DNA from: Thermoleophilia bacterium
GTDB taxonomy: Bacteria > Actinomycetota > Thermoleophilia > Gaiellales > SKUG01
DNA: 64,000 nucleotides
Reading direction: 5' to 3'
Assembly: GCA_025964555.1 (NCBI GenBank)
Contig: JAOPYQ010000028.1
Location: 11,754 to 75,753 of the forward strand
Positions 54,054 to 62,903 of the stretch are shown here, piece by piece. Numbering within the stretch: the stretch's first letter is position 1; each line of letters starts with the position of its first letter. The notes beneath the pieces were generated by a model that saw only the letters and a list, made by a program, of their open reading frames with translations, was not told the origin of the DNA and did no database searches. Both the position numbers and the translations under genes were made by a program.

Positions 54054-55388
54054 ATGAGCGACCAGCCGATCAGGATCTTCATCTCAGGCGCATGCGCCGG
54101 TCTCGCCGAAGCGCGCGACGCCCTCGCCGGTCACCGCGACATCGAGCTCGTCGGCACCGCGTCGGAGCCGTCCAAGGCGGGATCCAAGCTCGCCTCCACC
54201 GGAGCCCAGGTCATCCTGCACGCACTCCAGCGTCCCGACTCGGTCCCGACCGAGGAGATCGCCAAGATCCGCGAGCACACCTCAGCCCCGATCATCCTGC
54301 TCGTGACGCGCTCCACGTCGACGCTGCTGGACGAGGCCGTGGAACTTGGGCTCAACGACGTCATGCTGCTGCCGCAGCTCACGGACAACCTCGTGTTCAC
54401 CGTCAAGAAGGCGCACACGATCGGCTCGATGACCGGCTCCGGTGGCGCCGGCCAGCGACGCTCGGGTGACAGCTGCAAGGTCATCACGCTGTTCTCGCCG
54501 AAGGGCGGCGTCGGCAAGACGGTGCTCGCCACGAGCATGGCAGCGATGTACGCGAAGAAGCTCAAGAAGCGTACGCTGCTCATCGACCTGGACCTGCAGT
54601 TCGGCGACGCGGCGATCATGCTCGGAGCCGATCCGCGCGCAACGATCCTCGACCTCGTCATGAGCCACGGCGACCTGGACAGCGACAAGCTCGCTGGCTT
54701 CGTCACGCACCACGAGAGCGGCCTGCACCTGCTGCCCGCTCCGCTGCGACCCGAGGATGACGCGCTCGTCACCGATGATCGTCTCGCGAGCGTGCTCTCG
54801 GCTGCCAAGCAGTCCTACGACATCATCCTCATCGACACGGCACCGAACTTCACGTCCACCGTCCTCACCGCGCTCGATCGCACCGACGAGCTCATGCTGG
54901 TCGCGAGTCTCGAGGCGACATCGCTCAAGAGCGTGAAGGTCTGCCTGCAGACGCTCGAGATGCTGCACTATCCGCTCGAGAAGTGCCACGTGGTGCTCAA
55001 TCGCGCGGACACCAAGGTCGGCCTCAAGAAGGACCAGGTCGAAACGGCGCTCGGCAAGTCGATCCGTTTCGGCATCCCGTCCAACCGAGCCGTGCCGATG
55101 GCCATCAACCGCGGCGTCCCGGTCGTCATGACGGACCCGAAGGCGGATGTCACCCGTGCGATCCGCGAGCTGTGTGTCGCGTTCAGCCCGGAGGCGTCGA
55201 GCGTCACCGAGCAGGCGGCCTCCACCGCGAAGCTGAGCCGCCGCGATCGCAAGCGCATCGCCGACGAGACCCAGCGCGCCCAGCTGCGCGATGCGGACCT
55301 CGCCGGAGCGTCCGCGCCTGCACCGGGCGCAGCCCACTCACCCGACCTGGACCTCGAGTTCGATTTCGGCGACGAAGCCGCAGCCTGA
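54054..55388 (+). CDS. tadZ: TadZ/CpaE: receiver-like N-domain + ParA/MinD-type ATPase.
   Basis: The N-terminal ~120 aa are receiver-like. Deviant Walker A 'ITLFSPKGGVGKTVLATSMA'. 'DIILIDTAP'. Confidence 0.85.
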   Translation: MSDQPIRIFISGACAGLAEARDALAGHRDIELVGTASEPSKAGSKLASTGAQVILHALQRPDSVPTEEIAKIREHTSAPIILLVTRSTSTLLDEAVELGLNDVMLLPQLTDNLVFTVKKAHTIGSMTGSGGAGQRRSGDSCKVITLFSPKGGVGKTVLATSMAAMYAKKLKKRTLLIDLDLQFGDAAIMLGADPRATILDLVMSHGDLDSDKLAGFVTHHESGLHLLPAPLRPEDDALVTDDRLASVLSAAKQSYDIILIDTAPNFTSTVLTALDRTDELMLVASLEATSLKSVKVCLQTLEMLHYPLEKCHVVLNRADTKVGLKKDQVETALGKSIRFGIPSNRAVPMAINRGVPVVMTDPKADVTRAIRELCVAFSPEASSVTEQAASTAKLSRRDRKRIADETQRAQLRDADLAGASAPAPGAAHSPDLDLEFDFGDEAAA

Positions 55389-55426
55389 GCACCACCTCGT
55401 AGACCGCACGAAGAAAGCCGACTGAC

Positions 55427-56896
55427 ATGTCACTGCACCGACGACTCCAGTCACTCAACGTCGAGGCGCCTGCTCCCAGCAGCAACAGCACCTCCTCGTC
55501 CCAGTCATCCAGCGAGACTCGTGACGAAGCTCACGATCCGTTCGTCGAACTCAAGACGAAGATCCACAAGCTGGTGATCCAGTCGGTCGGTCCTGCCCTG
55601 TTCCGCTCCGAGCGCGCGGAAGGCGCTGCGACGAGCCGTCAGGAACTCGAGCATGCCGTGCACGATGCCGTGAACCAGTCGATCGAGGACGACGCCACGC
55701 CGCTCACGCGCCAGGAGCGCAACCAGCTGATCCAGGAGATCACCGACGACATCCTGGGTTACGGACCGATTGATCCATTCCTCCGCGACGATTCCGTCTC
55801 GGAAGTCATGGTCAACAACCACTACACGGTCTACATCGAGAAGAAGGGCAAGCTGACGCTGACCAATGCCCGCTTCGTCGACGAGCAGCACCTCGAGCGC
55901 ATCATCGACAAGATCGTCTCCCAGATCGGCCGGCGCATCGATGAATCGAGCCCGATGGTCGACGCACGCCTCCCCGACGGCTCGCGAGTGAACGCGATCA
56001 TCCCGCCGCTCGCGGTCCGCGGCTCGGCGCTCACCATCCGAAAGTTCAAGAAGGACCCGCTCAAGATGGAGGACCTGATCAAGTTCGGGACCCTCTCCCC
56101 CAAGTCGGCGCAGTTCCTCGAGCTGTGCGTCAAGGGCGCGCTCAACGTCGTCATCAGCGGCGGTACCGGCTCGGGCAAGACGACCACGCTGAACGTCCTG
56201 TCGGCCGCGATCCCCGCCGAGGAGCGGATCATCACGGTCGAGGACGCGGCGGAGGTCCAGCTCAAGCAGGAGCACGTCATCACGCTCGAGAGTCGCCCGG
56301 CGAACATCGAGGGCAAGGGCCAGGTCTCCATCCGCGACCTCGTGCGCAACACGCTGCGCATGCGTCCCGACCGCATCGTCGTCGGCGAGTGCCGTGGCGC
56401 CGAGACGGTCGACATGCTCCAGGCGATGAACACCGGCCATGACGGGTCGATGACCACCATCCACGCGAACAACCCGCGTGAAGCCCTCAGCCGCGTCGAG
56501 ACGCTCGTGCTGACCGCCGGCGTCGACCTGCCGCTGCGCGCCATCCGCGAGCAGGCTGCCGGCGCCATCGACCTCATCGTGCAGGTCTCGCGCCTGGTCG
56601 ACGGCTCGCGCCGCATCACCCACATCACCGAGGTCGGCAAGATGGAGGGCGAGACGATCACCCTCCAGGACATCTTCATTGCCAAGCCCGATGAAGACGG
56701 CGCGGCATCCGGCCAGACGTCACGCCTGCTCGGACCGCTCACGATGACCGGTATCAAGCCTGGCTTCCTCGACAAGCTCGCGCAGAACGGCGTGACCATT
56801 CCGGTCTCGTTCTTCGCGGGTGACGACGGCGCCGGCGGCCCTGGCGGTTCGCAGGGCACGTTCGGCAGCAACTCGAGCTTCCGGAGGAGCGCGTGA
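55427..56896 (+). CDS. tadA: TadA/CpaF secretion ATPase (T2SS/T4P GspE-family).
   Basis: Walker A 'ISGGTGSGKTTTLNVLS', 'RIITVEDAAE', 'RMRPDRIVVGECRG' and 'GHDGSMTTIHAN' are CpaF signatures. Confidence 0.93.
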   Translation: MSLHRRLQSLNVEAPAPSSNSTSSSQSSSETRDEAHDPFVELKTKIHKLVIQSVGPALFRSERAEGAATSRQELEHAVHDAVNQSIEDDATPLTRQERNQLIQEITDDILGYGPIDPFLRDDSVSEVMVNNHYTVYIEKKGKLTLTNARFVDEQHLERIIDKIVSQIGRRIDESSPMVDARLPDGSRVNAIIPPLAVRGSALTIRKFKKDPLKMEDLIKFGTLSPKSAQFLELCVKGALNVVISGGTGSGKTTTLNVLSAAIPAEERIITVEDAAEVQLKQEHVITLESRPANIEGKGQVSIRDLVRNTLRMRPDRIVVGECRGAETVDMLQAMNTGHDGSMTTIHANNPREALSRVETLVLTAGVDLPLRAIREQAAGAIDLIVQVSRLVDGSRRITHITEVGKMEGETITLQDIFIAKPDEDGAASGQTSRLLGPLTMTGIKPGFLDKLAQNGVTIPVSFFAGDDGAGGPGGSQGTFGSNSSFRRSA

Positions 56897-58869
56897 GCTT
56901 CCGCACCACACGATTGGCGACGACCTTCGTCGTGGCGCTTGCCGTCGCGGTCGCGGGCTCGTGCGCATCTGCCCTCGCGGCCGATCGCGACTCCGCGAAC
57001 GGCGTGTCGATCACGGCCGTGGATTCTTCGCGATTCCCGATCGTGCGCGTTGCGTTCGGCGCGGACGAGGTCAAGGGCAAGGAGCCGGACCTCAACTTCT
57101 TCGAGGGCAGCACTGCGCTGCCTGCGGCGTCGCTGTACCGCGGCGAGATCGGCGAGTTCGAGGACGCGCGACACACCGACGTCATGCTCGTCGTCGACAC
57201 GTCGCTCTCGATGGGCACAGGGTCGCGCATCGATGATGCGATCGATGCTGCCAACCAGCTCATCGATCGCGCTCGCTCCGGCGACCGCATCGGCCTCGCG
57301 ACCTTCGGCGGCAGCGCCGCTGTCGTCGTCAAGCCGACGGGCGACCTGGAGCGCGTCCGAAGCGCTCTCCGTGGTATCGAGCTGTCGAACCGGACGACGA
57401 TGTTCGACGCAGTCAGCATGAGCGCTCGCGCATTCGGTTCTAAGATGGACTCCAACCGCGCGATCGTCCTGCTGTCCGACGGCACCGACGTCGGGAGCGT
57501 GGAGACCCTCGATGAAGCGGCTGGCGAGGCGCTCAAGGCGCAGGCTCCGATCTTCGCCATCGCGATCCGCGAGAACGCTGACGACCAGCCCAAGGACCTT
57601 GCGGAGCTGGGCAACGGCACCGGCGGCGAGCTGCACACCGTGGTGGGTACTGCCGGTCTCGAGACGCTGTTCTCGGAGCTCGGTCGACGCATCCTGCAGC
57701 CCTACTGGGTCGAGTACAAGTCGAGCGCGCCGCAGGGCAGCGCGCTGCAGTTCGGGATCGCCATCGGCGACCGCCGCAGCGACATCGTCGTGAAGCGTTC
57801 GTTCCGCGGAATCCCATCCGCCAGTGCCGCAGGGCGCGCGGGTGGCGGCGACTTGCCGAATTCGACGCCTGCCAAGCCGCTGCTGCCGGTCCCCGGCGGG
57901 ATGGTGGGAGTGCTCGTCGCCTCGTTCCCGTTCGCGCTGCTCATCTTCAGCTTCGTCTGGATGATGCTCCAGCGCCGCACGAAGCCCGACATCCTCGCCC
58001 GCCTGGATCTCTACACGACACGCGCAACGGCTGACACCGTGGTGCGTCGCGAGGAGCAGCAGTCGCTGTTCCGCCGGCTCGGGTCGCCGATCATGAAGCT
58101 CAGCGAGTCGTTCCTCGGCGGCTCCGCATTCTTCGAGCGGACACGCAAGCGCGCCGAGCAGGCGTCGATCGCGGTCAAGCCGAGCGAGATGTTCACGGCG
58201 ATGCTCGCCGCAGGAGCACTGGGCGCGCTTGTCGGTCTCATGCTCGGCTCGATCGTGTTCACCGGCCTCATCGGCGTGCCAGCCTTCTACCTCCCGATGT
58301 TCTGGCTGCGCTTCAAGGCGCGCAAGCGACGCAACATGTTCGACGACCAGCTGCCGGATGTGTTGCAGGGCATCTCCTCCTCGCTCAAGGCGGGCCACTC
58401 CTTCAACCAGGCGCTCAACGCCATGATCAAGGATTCGCCCAACCCGACCGCCGAGGAGTTCTCGCGCGTGATGACCGAAGCCCGCCTCGGCATGCCGCTC
58501 GAGGACGCGCTCCAGCACATGGCTGACCGCATGGGCAGCGCCGACTTCGAGTTCGCGGTGACGACCGTCAACATCCAGCGCACCGTGGGTGGTTCACTCG
58601 CGGACATCCTCCAGATGGTCGGCGACACGGTTCGCAACCGTCAGCAGTTCCGCAAGAAGGTCAAGGCGCTCAGCTCCATGGGCACGATGAGCGCCTACGT
58701 CCTGCTCGGCATGCCGATCTTCATCGGCCTCGCGCTGACCGTCATCAACGCGAGCTACATGGCTCCGCTGTTCACCACCGACACAGGCCACTTGCTGCTG
58801 GTCGTCGGAGCGTTCTCGATGACGCTCGGCTACTTCGCATGCATGAAGGTCGTCGCGATCAAGATCTAG
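56893..58869 (+). CDS. tadB: Fusion protein: signal peptide + extracytoplasmic von Willebrand A domain + TadB (T2SS-F family) platform domain.
   Basis: The GTG at 56893 overlaps the tadA TGA and follows a GGAGGAG SD. Signal peptide 'TTFVVALAVAVAGSCASALA'. vWA MIDAS 'VVDTSLSMG' (DxSxS) ... 'AIVLLSDGTD'. TM 'VGVLVASFPFALLIFSFVWMML'. T2SSF domain 'LPDVLQGISSSLKAGHSFNQAL...LGMPLEDALQHMADRMGS'. Confidence 0.8.
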   Translation: MSFRTTRLATTFVVALAVAVAGSCASALAADRDSANGVSITAVDSSRFPIVRVAFGADEVKGKEPDLNFFEGSTALPAASLYRGEIGEFEDARHTDVMLVVDTSLSMGTGSRIDDAIDAANQLIDRARSGDRIGLATFGGSAAVVVKPTGDLERVRSALRGIELSNRTTMFDAVSMSARAFGSKMDSNRAIVLLSDGTDVGSVETLDEAAGEALKAQAPIFAIAIRENADDQPKDLAELGNGTGGELHTVVGTAGLETLFSELGRRILQPYWVEYKSSAPQGSALQFGIAIGDRRSDIVVKRSFRGIPSASAAGRAGGGDLPNSTPAKPLLPVPGGMVGVLVASFPFALLIFSFVWMMLQRRTKPDILARLDLYTTRATADTVVRREEQQSLFRRLGSPIMKLSESFLGGSAFFERTRKRAEQASIAVKPSEMFTAMLAAGALGALVGLMLGSIVFTGLIGVPAFYLPMFWLRFKARKRRNMFDDQLPDVLQGISSSLKAGHSFNQALNAMIKDSPNPTAEEFSRVMTEARLGMPLEDALQHMADRMGSADFEFAVTTVNIQRTVGGSLADILQMVGDTVRNRQQFRKKVKALSSMGTMSAYVLLGMPIFIGLALTVINASYMAPLFTTDTGHLLLVVGAFSMTLGYFACMKVVAIKI

Positions 58870-58879
58870 GGGTTCGTCA

Positions 58880-59785
58880 ATGTTGCTGCTCATCATCGGC
58901 ATGGTCGCCTTCGCAGGTGGCGTGTACATCGCGATGGAGAACGCCTCGGTCTCGCGCAAGCAGATCCAGGCCAACACCAAGCGCGCGAGCTCCTACGCCG
59001 TGATCGATCCCGGCAACGAGGAGATCTCCAAGAGCGCCAACGAGCGACTCATCCAGCCGCTGATGGAGCGCTTCAGCGAGATGGCCGTGCGCATGAGCCC
59101 GGCCGGCAAGCGCATGGAATTGCAGCGCAAGCTTCGCAACGCCGGCACGAACGTCAAGCCGCAGACGTTGCTCGCGTTCAAGGGCGGCGTGACGATAGGC
59201 GGCGTCGTCGTGATCATCATGGGCGCCGGAGCCGGCAGCATGCCGATCCTCGGCGTCGGCATGCTGTTGTTCATCATCGGTTTCCTGGGATCGGACTTCT
59301 GGCTCAACTCCCGCATCCGCGGACGACGCGACGAGATGGAGCGCGCCCTGCCGGACACGCTCGACCTGCTGACGGTGAGCGTCGAGGCCGGCCTCGGCTT
59401 CGATGCCGCGGTCTCGAAGGTCTGCGAGAAGATGCACGGACCACTCATCGAAGAGTTCGACGTCGTGGCTCGCGAGATCCGCGTCGGCGAGACGCGACGC
59501 CAGGCGCTTCGCAACATGGGCGACCGGGTGGCGAGCGACGACCTGCGCTCGTTCGCACGCTCGATCATCCAGGCCGACGAGATGGGTACTTCGCTGGGGC
59601 GCACGCTCAAGGTGCAGGCCGACGACATGCGCATCCATCGTCAGCTCGCGGCCGAGGAGAAGGCCATGAAGGCCCCGGTCAAGATGCTGTTCCCGACCGT
59701 CCTCTTCATCTTCCCGGCAATGTTCATCGTCATCCTCGGACCAGCGTTCCTGAACATCATGGCGTCGCTCGCCGAAGCCACCTGA
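58880..59785 (+). CDS. tadC: TadC (T2SS-F family) platform protein.
   Basis: 'ALPDTLDLLTVSVEAGLGFDAAVSKV', 'VGETRRQALRNMGDRV' and 'EEKAMKAPVKMLFPTVLFIFPAMFIVILGPA' are typical of TadC. Confidence 0.85.
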   Translation: MLLLIIGMVAFAGGVYIAMENASVSRKQIQANTKRASSYAVIDPGNEEISKSANERLIQPLMERFSEMAVRMSPAGKRMELQRKLRNAGTNVKPQTLLAFKGGVTIGGVVVIIMGAGAGSMPILGVGMLLFIIGFLGSDFWLNSRIRGRRDEMERALPDTLDLLTVSVEAGLGFDAAVSKVCEKMHGPLIEEFDVVAREIRVGETRRQALRNMGDRVASDDLRSFARSIIQADEMGTSLGRTLKVQADDMRIHRQLAAEEKAMKAPVKMLFPTVLFIFPAMFIVILGPAFLNIMASLAEAT

Positions 59786-59807
59786 TCGACCACCGAAAAC
59801 TGTGCAC

Positions 59808-59840
59808 GTGCGGGGCGTCTTCGGGCGCCCCGCGCCTCTT
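59808..59840 (+). terminator. Terminator-like hairpin after tadC.
   Basis: gtgcggggcgtc-ttcg-ggcgccccgcgc gives about 12 bp including two G:U pairs, with a UUCG loop (59820-59823), followed by ctcttc. It lies 23 nt after the tadC TGA. Confidence 0.5.
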
Positions 59841-60008
59841 CAGTGGCTAGGACCCCATGGCCCATAGAAGGTCAGTTCGCGAACGGTTCCGCGCACGGAA
59901 CGGATCTCCTTGGTTCCTTACAGGATGCTCACTCGCATCGCCTCAAGTCGCCGCTCCCGGGGGTCGATGCAGCAAGGGTTCGGGTGTGAACGAAGGGTGT
60001 TTTCTGCC

Positions 60009-60971
60009 ATGAAGCGATGGCTCACAACAAGCAATGTGCTCGCAACGATCGCGATGCTGTGCGCATTGACTGGCACGTCGATCGCGGCAGCCTGGGCGGC
60101 ACCGCTGCTCACCGGTGCGAACGTCCGGAACGGGACGCTGACCGGCGTCGACGTGAAGGACCTGAGCCTCTCGTCCACGGACTTCACTTCCGCAGCGACA
60201 ACTCAGCTCCGTGCGCAAACCGGTCCGGTCGGCGACAAGGGACCTGTGGGGCCCACCGGAAGCAAGGGCGCCAAGGGGCGCAAGGGAACCGCCGGGGTTG
60301 ATGCCGCGAAGGCGTACAGCTACATCACAGCTGACGACACAACGTCCTTCGTGAGCCCCAAGACCGGCAGCCTGTTGAATCCGGATCCGGTCAAGGGCAA
60401 CTGCGTCAATGCTGGCACCGTGACCATCATGAACTTTGCATCGAACTGCACGCCGTTTGCGCCCTACTTCCCACACTGGAAGTACGACTGCGATGCCGCC
60501 CTTTCCCGGTACTGCGGATCGAGCAAGGTCAAGGGCAGTGCCGGCGCCGGCGCCACGCTGTTGCAGACGAATTCGAATGGCGTGGTCGGATTTACTGGCG
60601 ACGAGAACGGAAGCTTCGTGTCGTTGATGGGTCCTGGGAACGTTCTCGTGACCGCCTCGTTGACGCTCATGCATCCGGAAGAGGATCTCTTCCACTCTCG
60701 AATCGCGTGTCAGCCTCAGGTCCGGCGAAGCAACACCGCCGACGCATACACCAACCTTGGGGTTCCGACGATCGCATCGAGCGCCGACTCCGACGAACTC
60801 GTGCACATTACGGTGACGGGCGCCGCGCGCTTCATCCCCCCAACCAACGAGTCCGCGGACTACGACTTTCAGGTCACCTGTCAAATGCTTGACGAATACT
60901 CCAGTGGTACCGAGGTCGACAACTGGTTCTTCATCTCCGGAAATGCAACTGCGACCACGACGGAGCTCTGA
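60009..60971 (+). CDS. Collagen-like (Gly-X-Y) secreted or surface protein, paralogue 1.
   Basis: Signal/anchor 'MKRWLTTSNVLATIAMLCALTGTSIAAAWA', the 'LTGVDVKDLSL' motif, 8 uninterrupted G-X-Y triplets 'GPVGDKGPVGPTGSKGAKGRKGTAG' (nt 60222-60296), then a ~220-aa C-terminal domain. Confidence 0.7.
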   Translation: MKRWLTTSNVLATIAMLCALTGTSIAAAWAAPLLTGANVRNGTLTGVDVKDLSLSSTDFTSAATTQLRAQTGPVGDKGPVGPTGSKGAKGRKGTAGVDAAKAYSYITADDTTSFVSPKTGSLLNPDPVKGNCVNAGTVTIMNFASNCTPFAPYFPHWKYDCDAALSRYCGSSKVKGSAGAGATLLQTNSNGVVGFTGDENGSFVSLMGPGNVLVTASLTLMHPEEDLFHSRIACQPQVRRSNTADAYTNLGVPTIASSADSDELVHITVTGAARFIPPTNESADYDFQVTCQMLDEYSSGTEVDNWFFISGNATATTTEL

Positions 60972-60973
60972 TC

Positions 60974-61918
60974 GTGAAGAACTCATCCTTCCTCATTCGC
61001 CGACACGTTACGTATGCGAACGTCGTGTCGATCATCGTCATCATTGCGGCGACCGCGACATCTGCGTTCGCGGCCACCATGTACACGGGCAGGAACATCA
61101 AGGACTCCTCGCTGACCGGCGTCGATTTCAAGGATCGTTCAATCGACTCCAAGGACATCGCGGCCACGTCGCGGAAGTCGATGACCGGCTTCGCCGGTGC
61201 CACCGGCGCCACGGGCGATAAGGGTGGAACAGGCCCTCAGGGGGATACGGGCGATGCTGGCGACATGGGCAAGCAGGCGCATTCGCTTGTGCGCTTCGCA
61301 TCCTTCCACTCGCCGTTTCTACGCACCAACCTGGCTGCGCTGCCGAATGACCCACTGGCTCAACCGAACCCCGGCACTGTAGATCCCTGGGACGGAGCGA
61401 CGTATCCGACCTATGACACGGGCGAGCCTCGTTCGTATCCCAATGTCACAGAGAATTTCCCGACGAATGATTTCGAGACCACGATCGATAACTCCGATCA
61501 GGTCCTCCTGCAGCTCACTGGTCAGAACGAGACGACGACTGGCACCATCCGTCCGACTGCTGGTGGCCTGCTGAATGCAACTGCAACGATCACTGTGCTT
61601 CACACCAATGATGGCGAGACGAATTTCGCTGGCGGACGAGCGTTGCACAATCGACTTCGCTGCACACTGCGGTTCGCGAACAACGATAACGCTCTTGGGT
61701 CTGGATCACCTTCAATGGGAGCGGTCGAGTGGATCTCGTCCCGACGCCAGCACAAGGTGTACACGATCACCATGACTGGATCCGAGAAGATCCCATCCGA
61801 CGCTTCGGCCAACTACAACGTCGGCGTGTCCTGCGCCGACGTGGACTACACGGGCTCGAATCACTGGAAGTACATCGCCGGCAACATCACCGCCCACGCC
61901 ATCTACGTCGGCCCCTGA
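60974..61918 (+). CDS. Collagen-like secreted or surface protein, paralogue 2.
   Basis: The GTG lies 2 nt after the upstream stop. 'RRHVTYANVVSIIVIIAATATSAFA', 'LTGVDFKDRSI', and 9 G-X-Y triplets 'GFAGATGATGDKGGTGPQGDTGDAGDMG' (nt 61187-61270). Confidence 0.7.
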   Translation: MKNSSFLIRRHVTYANVVSIIVIIAATATSAFAATMYTGRNIKDSSLTGVDFKDRSIDSKDIAATSRKSMTGFAGATGATGDKGGTGPQGDTGDAGDMGKQAHSLVRFASFHSPFLRTNLAALPNDPLAQPNPGTVDPWDGATYPTYDTGEPRSYPNVTENFPTNDFETTIDNSDQVLLQLTGQNETTTGTIRPTAGGLLNATATITVLHTNDGETNFAGGRALHNRLRCTLRFANNDNALGSGSPSMGAVEWISSRRQHKVYTITMTGSEKIPSDASANYNVGVSCADVDYTGSNHWKYIAGNITAHAIYVGP

Positions 61919-61936
61919 GCAGGACGGATTCGAATC

Positions 61937-62857
61937 ATGCGACCTCGCATCACCTACGCAAATACGATGGCCACTATCGCACTGTTTCTCGCGCTTGGAG
62001 GCACGGCGCTGGCAGCGGTAACGCTGACCAGCAGGAACGTGGCTGACAAGTCGCTGACGAGCGTCGACGTCAAATCTGCTTCACTTGGCGTTGCCGATCT
62101 GACGCTTGCTGCGAAGAACGCGCTCCGCGGAGCGAAAGGTGCCACTGGGCGGGCAGGCAGCGTCGGCTCCACGGGCACGACGGGCGCCGACGGTGCCCAA
62201 GGCCTTCGCGGGTCGGCCGCCTTCATGACTTCTGCATTCGCTTACCGTGACACTGGTCTGGTGACGAATCGGGCTAACGCGTCGCCCCCGAACAACAACG
62301 GCGGTTCCGGAAAGAACTGGGACGATCCAGCTTACGCCAGCACGGGTTGTCCTGGCGGCACGTGTCCCCAGATCCGCGGCGCCGGCGCGTATCAGGCAAT
62401 CAATCTCAACGCCTCATGGCAGCCCATGGTGACGCTCACAGGAATGTCAGGAAGCGATCCCACTCGCTCTCCCGATACGTTGCTCAACCTCCCGTTCTCC
62501 GATGCCTTCCTGAACGCGACCGCGTCCCTCACGTTCATGCATCGCGCGATTGGCGAGGACTTCTCGAACAACACAGGAGGGACGCCTTTGCATGGCCGCC
62601 TCGAGTGCGCGCTGTTTTATGGCACCTCCGCTGACCCGAACGCACTGACGACGTCGGCGGGAGTGCTCGCTCAGGCGTCAGGCGGTTATGACGGCATTCA
62701 GCATGAACTTACGAACGTCTCCCTGAATGGAAACGGGCAGGGGCTCGTGGCGGGAACCCAGTACAACGTCACTGTTAAGTGTCGTGATGCGGATTACACC
62801 GGCGACACCCAGTGGCAGCTCGCACGAGGGAACCTGACGGCGCTCGCGTCGCGCTGA
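61937..62857 (+). CDS. Collagen-like secreted or surface protein, paralogue 3.
   Basis: 'MRPRITYANTMATIALFLALGGTALAA', 'LTSVDVKSASL', and 9 G-X-Y triplets 'GAKGATGRAGSVGSTGTTGADGAQGLRG' (nt 62129-62212). Confidence 0.7.
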   Translation: MRPRITYANTMATIALFLALGGTALAAVTLTSRNVADKSLTSVDVKSASLGVADLTLAAKNALRGAKGATGRAGSVGSTGTTGADGAQGLRGSAAFMTSAFAYRDTGLVTNRANASPPNNNGGSGKNWDDPAYASTGCPGGTCPQIRGAGAYQAINLNASWQPMVTLTGMSGSDPTRSPDTLLNLPFSDAFLNATASLTFMHRAIGEDFSNNTGGTPLHGRLECALFYGTSADPNALTTSAGVLAQASGGYDGIQHELTNVSLNGNGQGLVAGTQYNVTVKCRDADYTGDTQWQLARGNLTALASR

Positions 62858-62881
62858 GCAAGCCCCGCTCCGGGACCTGTG

Positions 62882-62887
62882 TAGAAT
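62882..62887 (+). promoter_or_regulatory. Candidate -10 element (TAGAAT) for tRNA-Cys.
   Basis: tgtgTAGAAT lies 16 nt upstream of the tRNA 5' end and fits the actinobacterial TANNNT -10 consensus. No convincing -35. Confidence 0.3.
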
Positions 62888-62903
62888 CGCCCGACCATCC
62901 CAC

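Noticed and set aside
55831-58518. 895-aa minus-strand ORF, and the 55505..56623 ORF.
   Set aside because: Both are antisense to tadA and the vWA-tadB fusion, which carry unambiguous Walker, CpaF and T2SS-F motifs.
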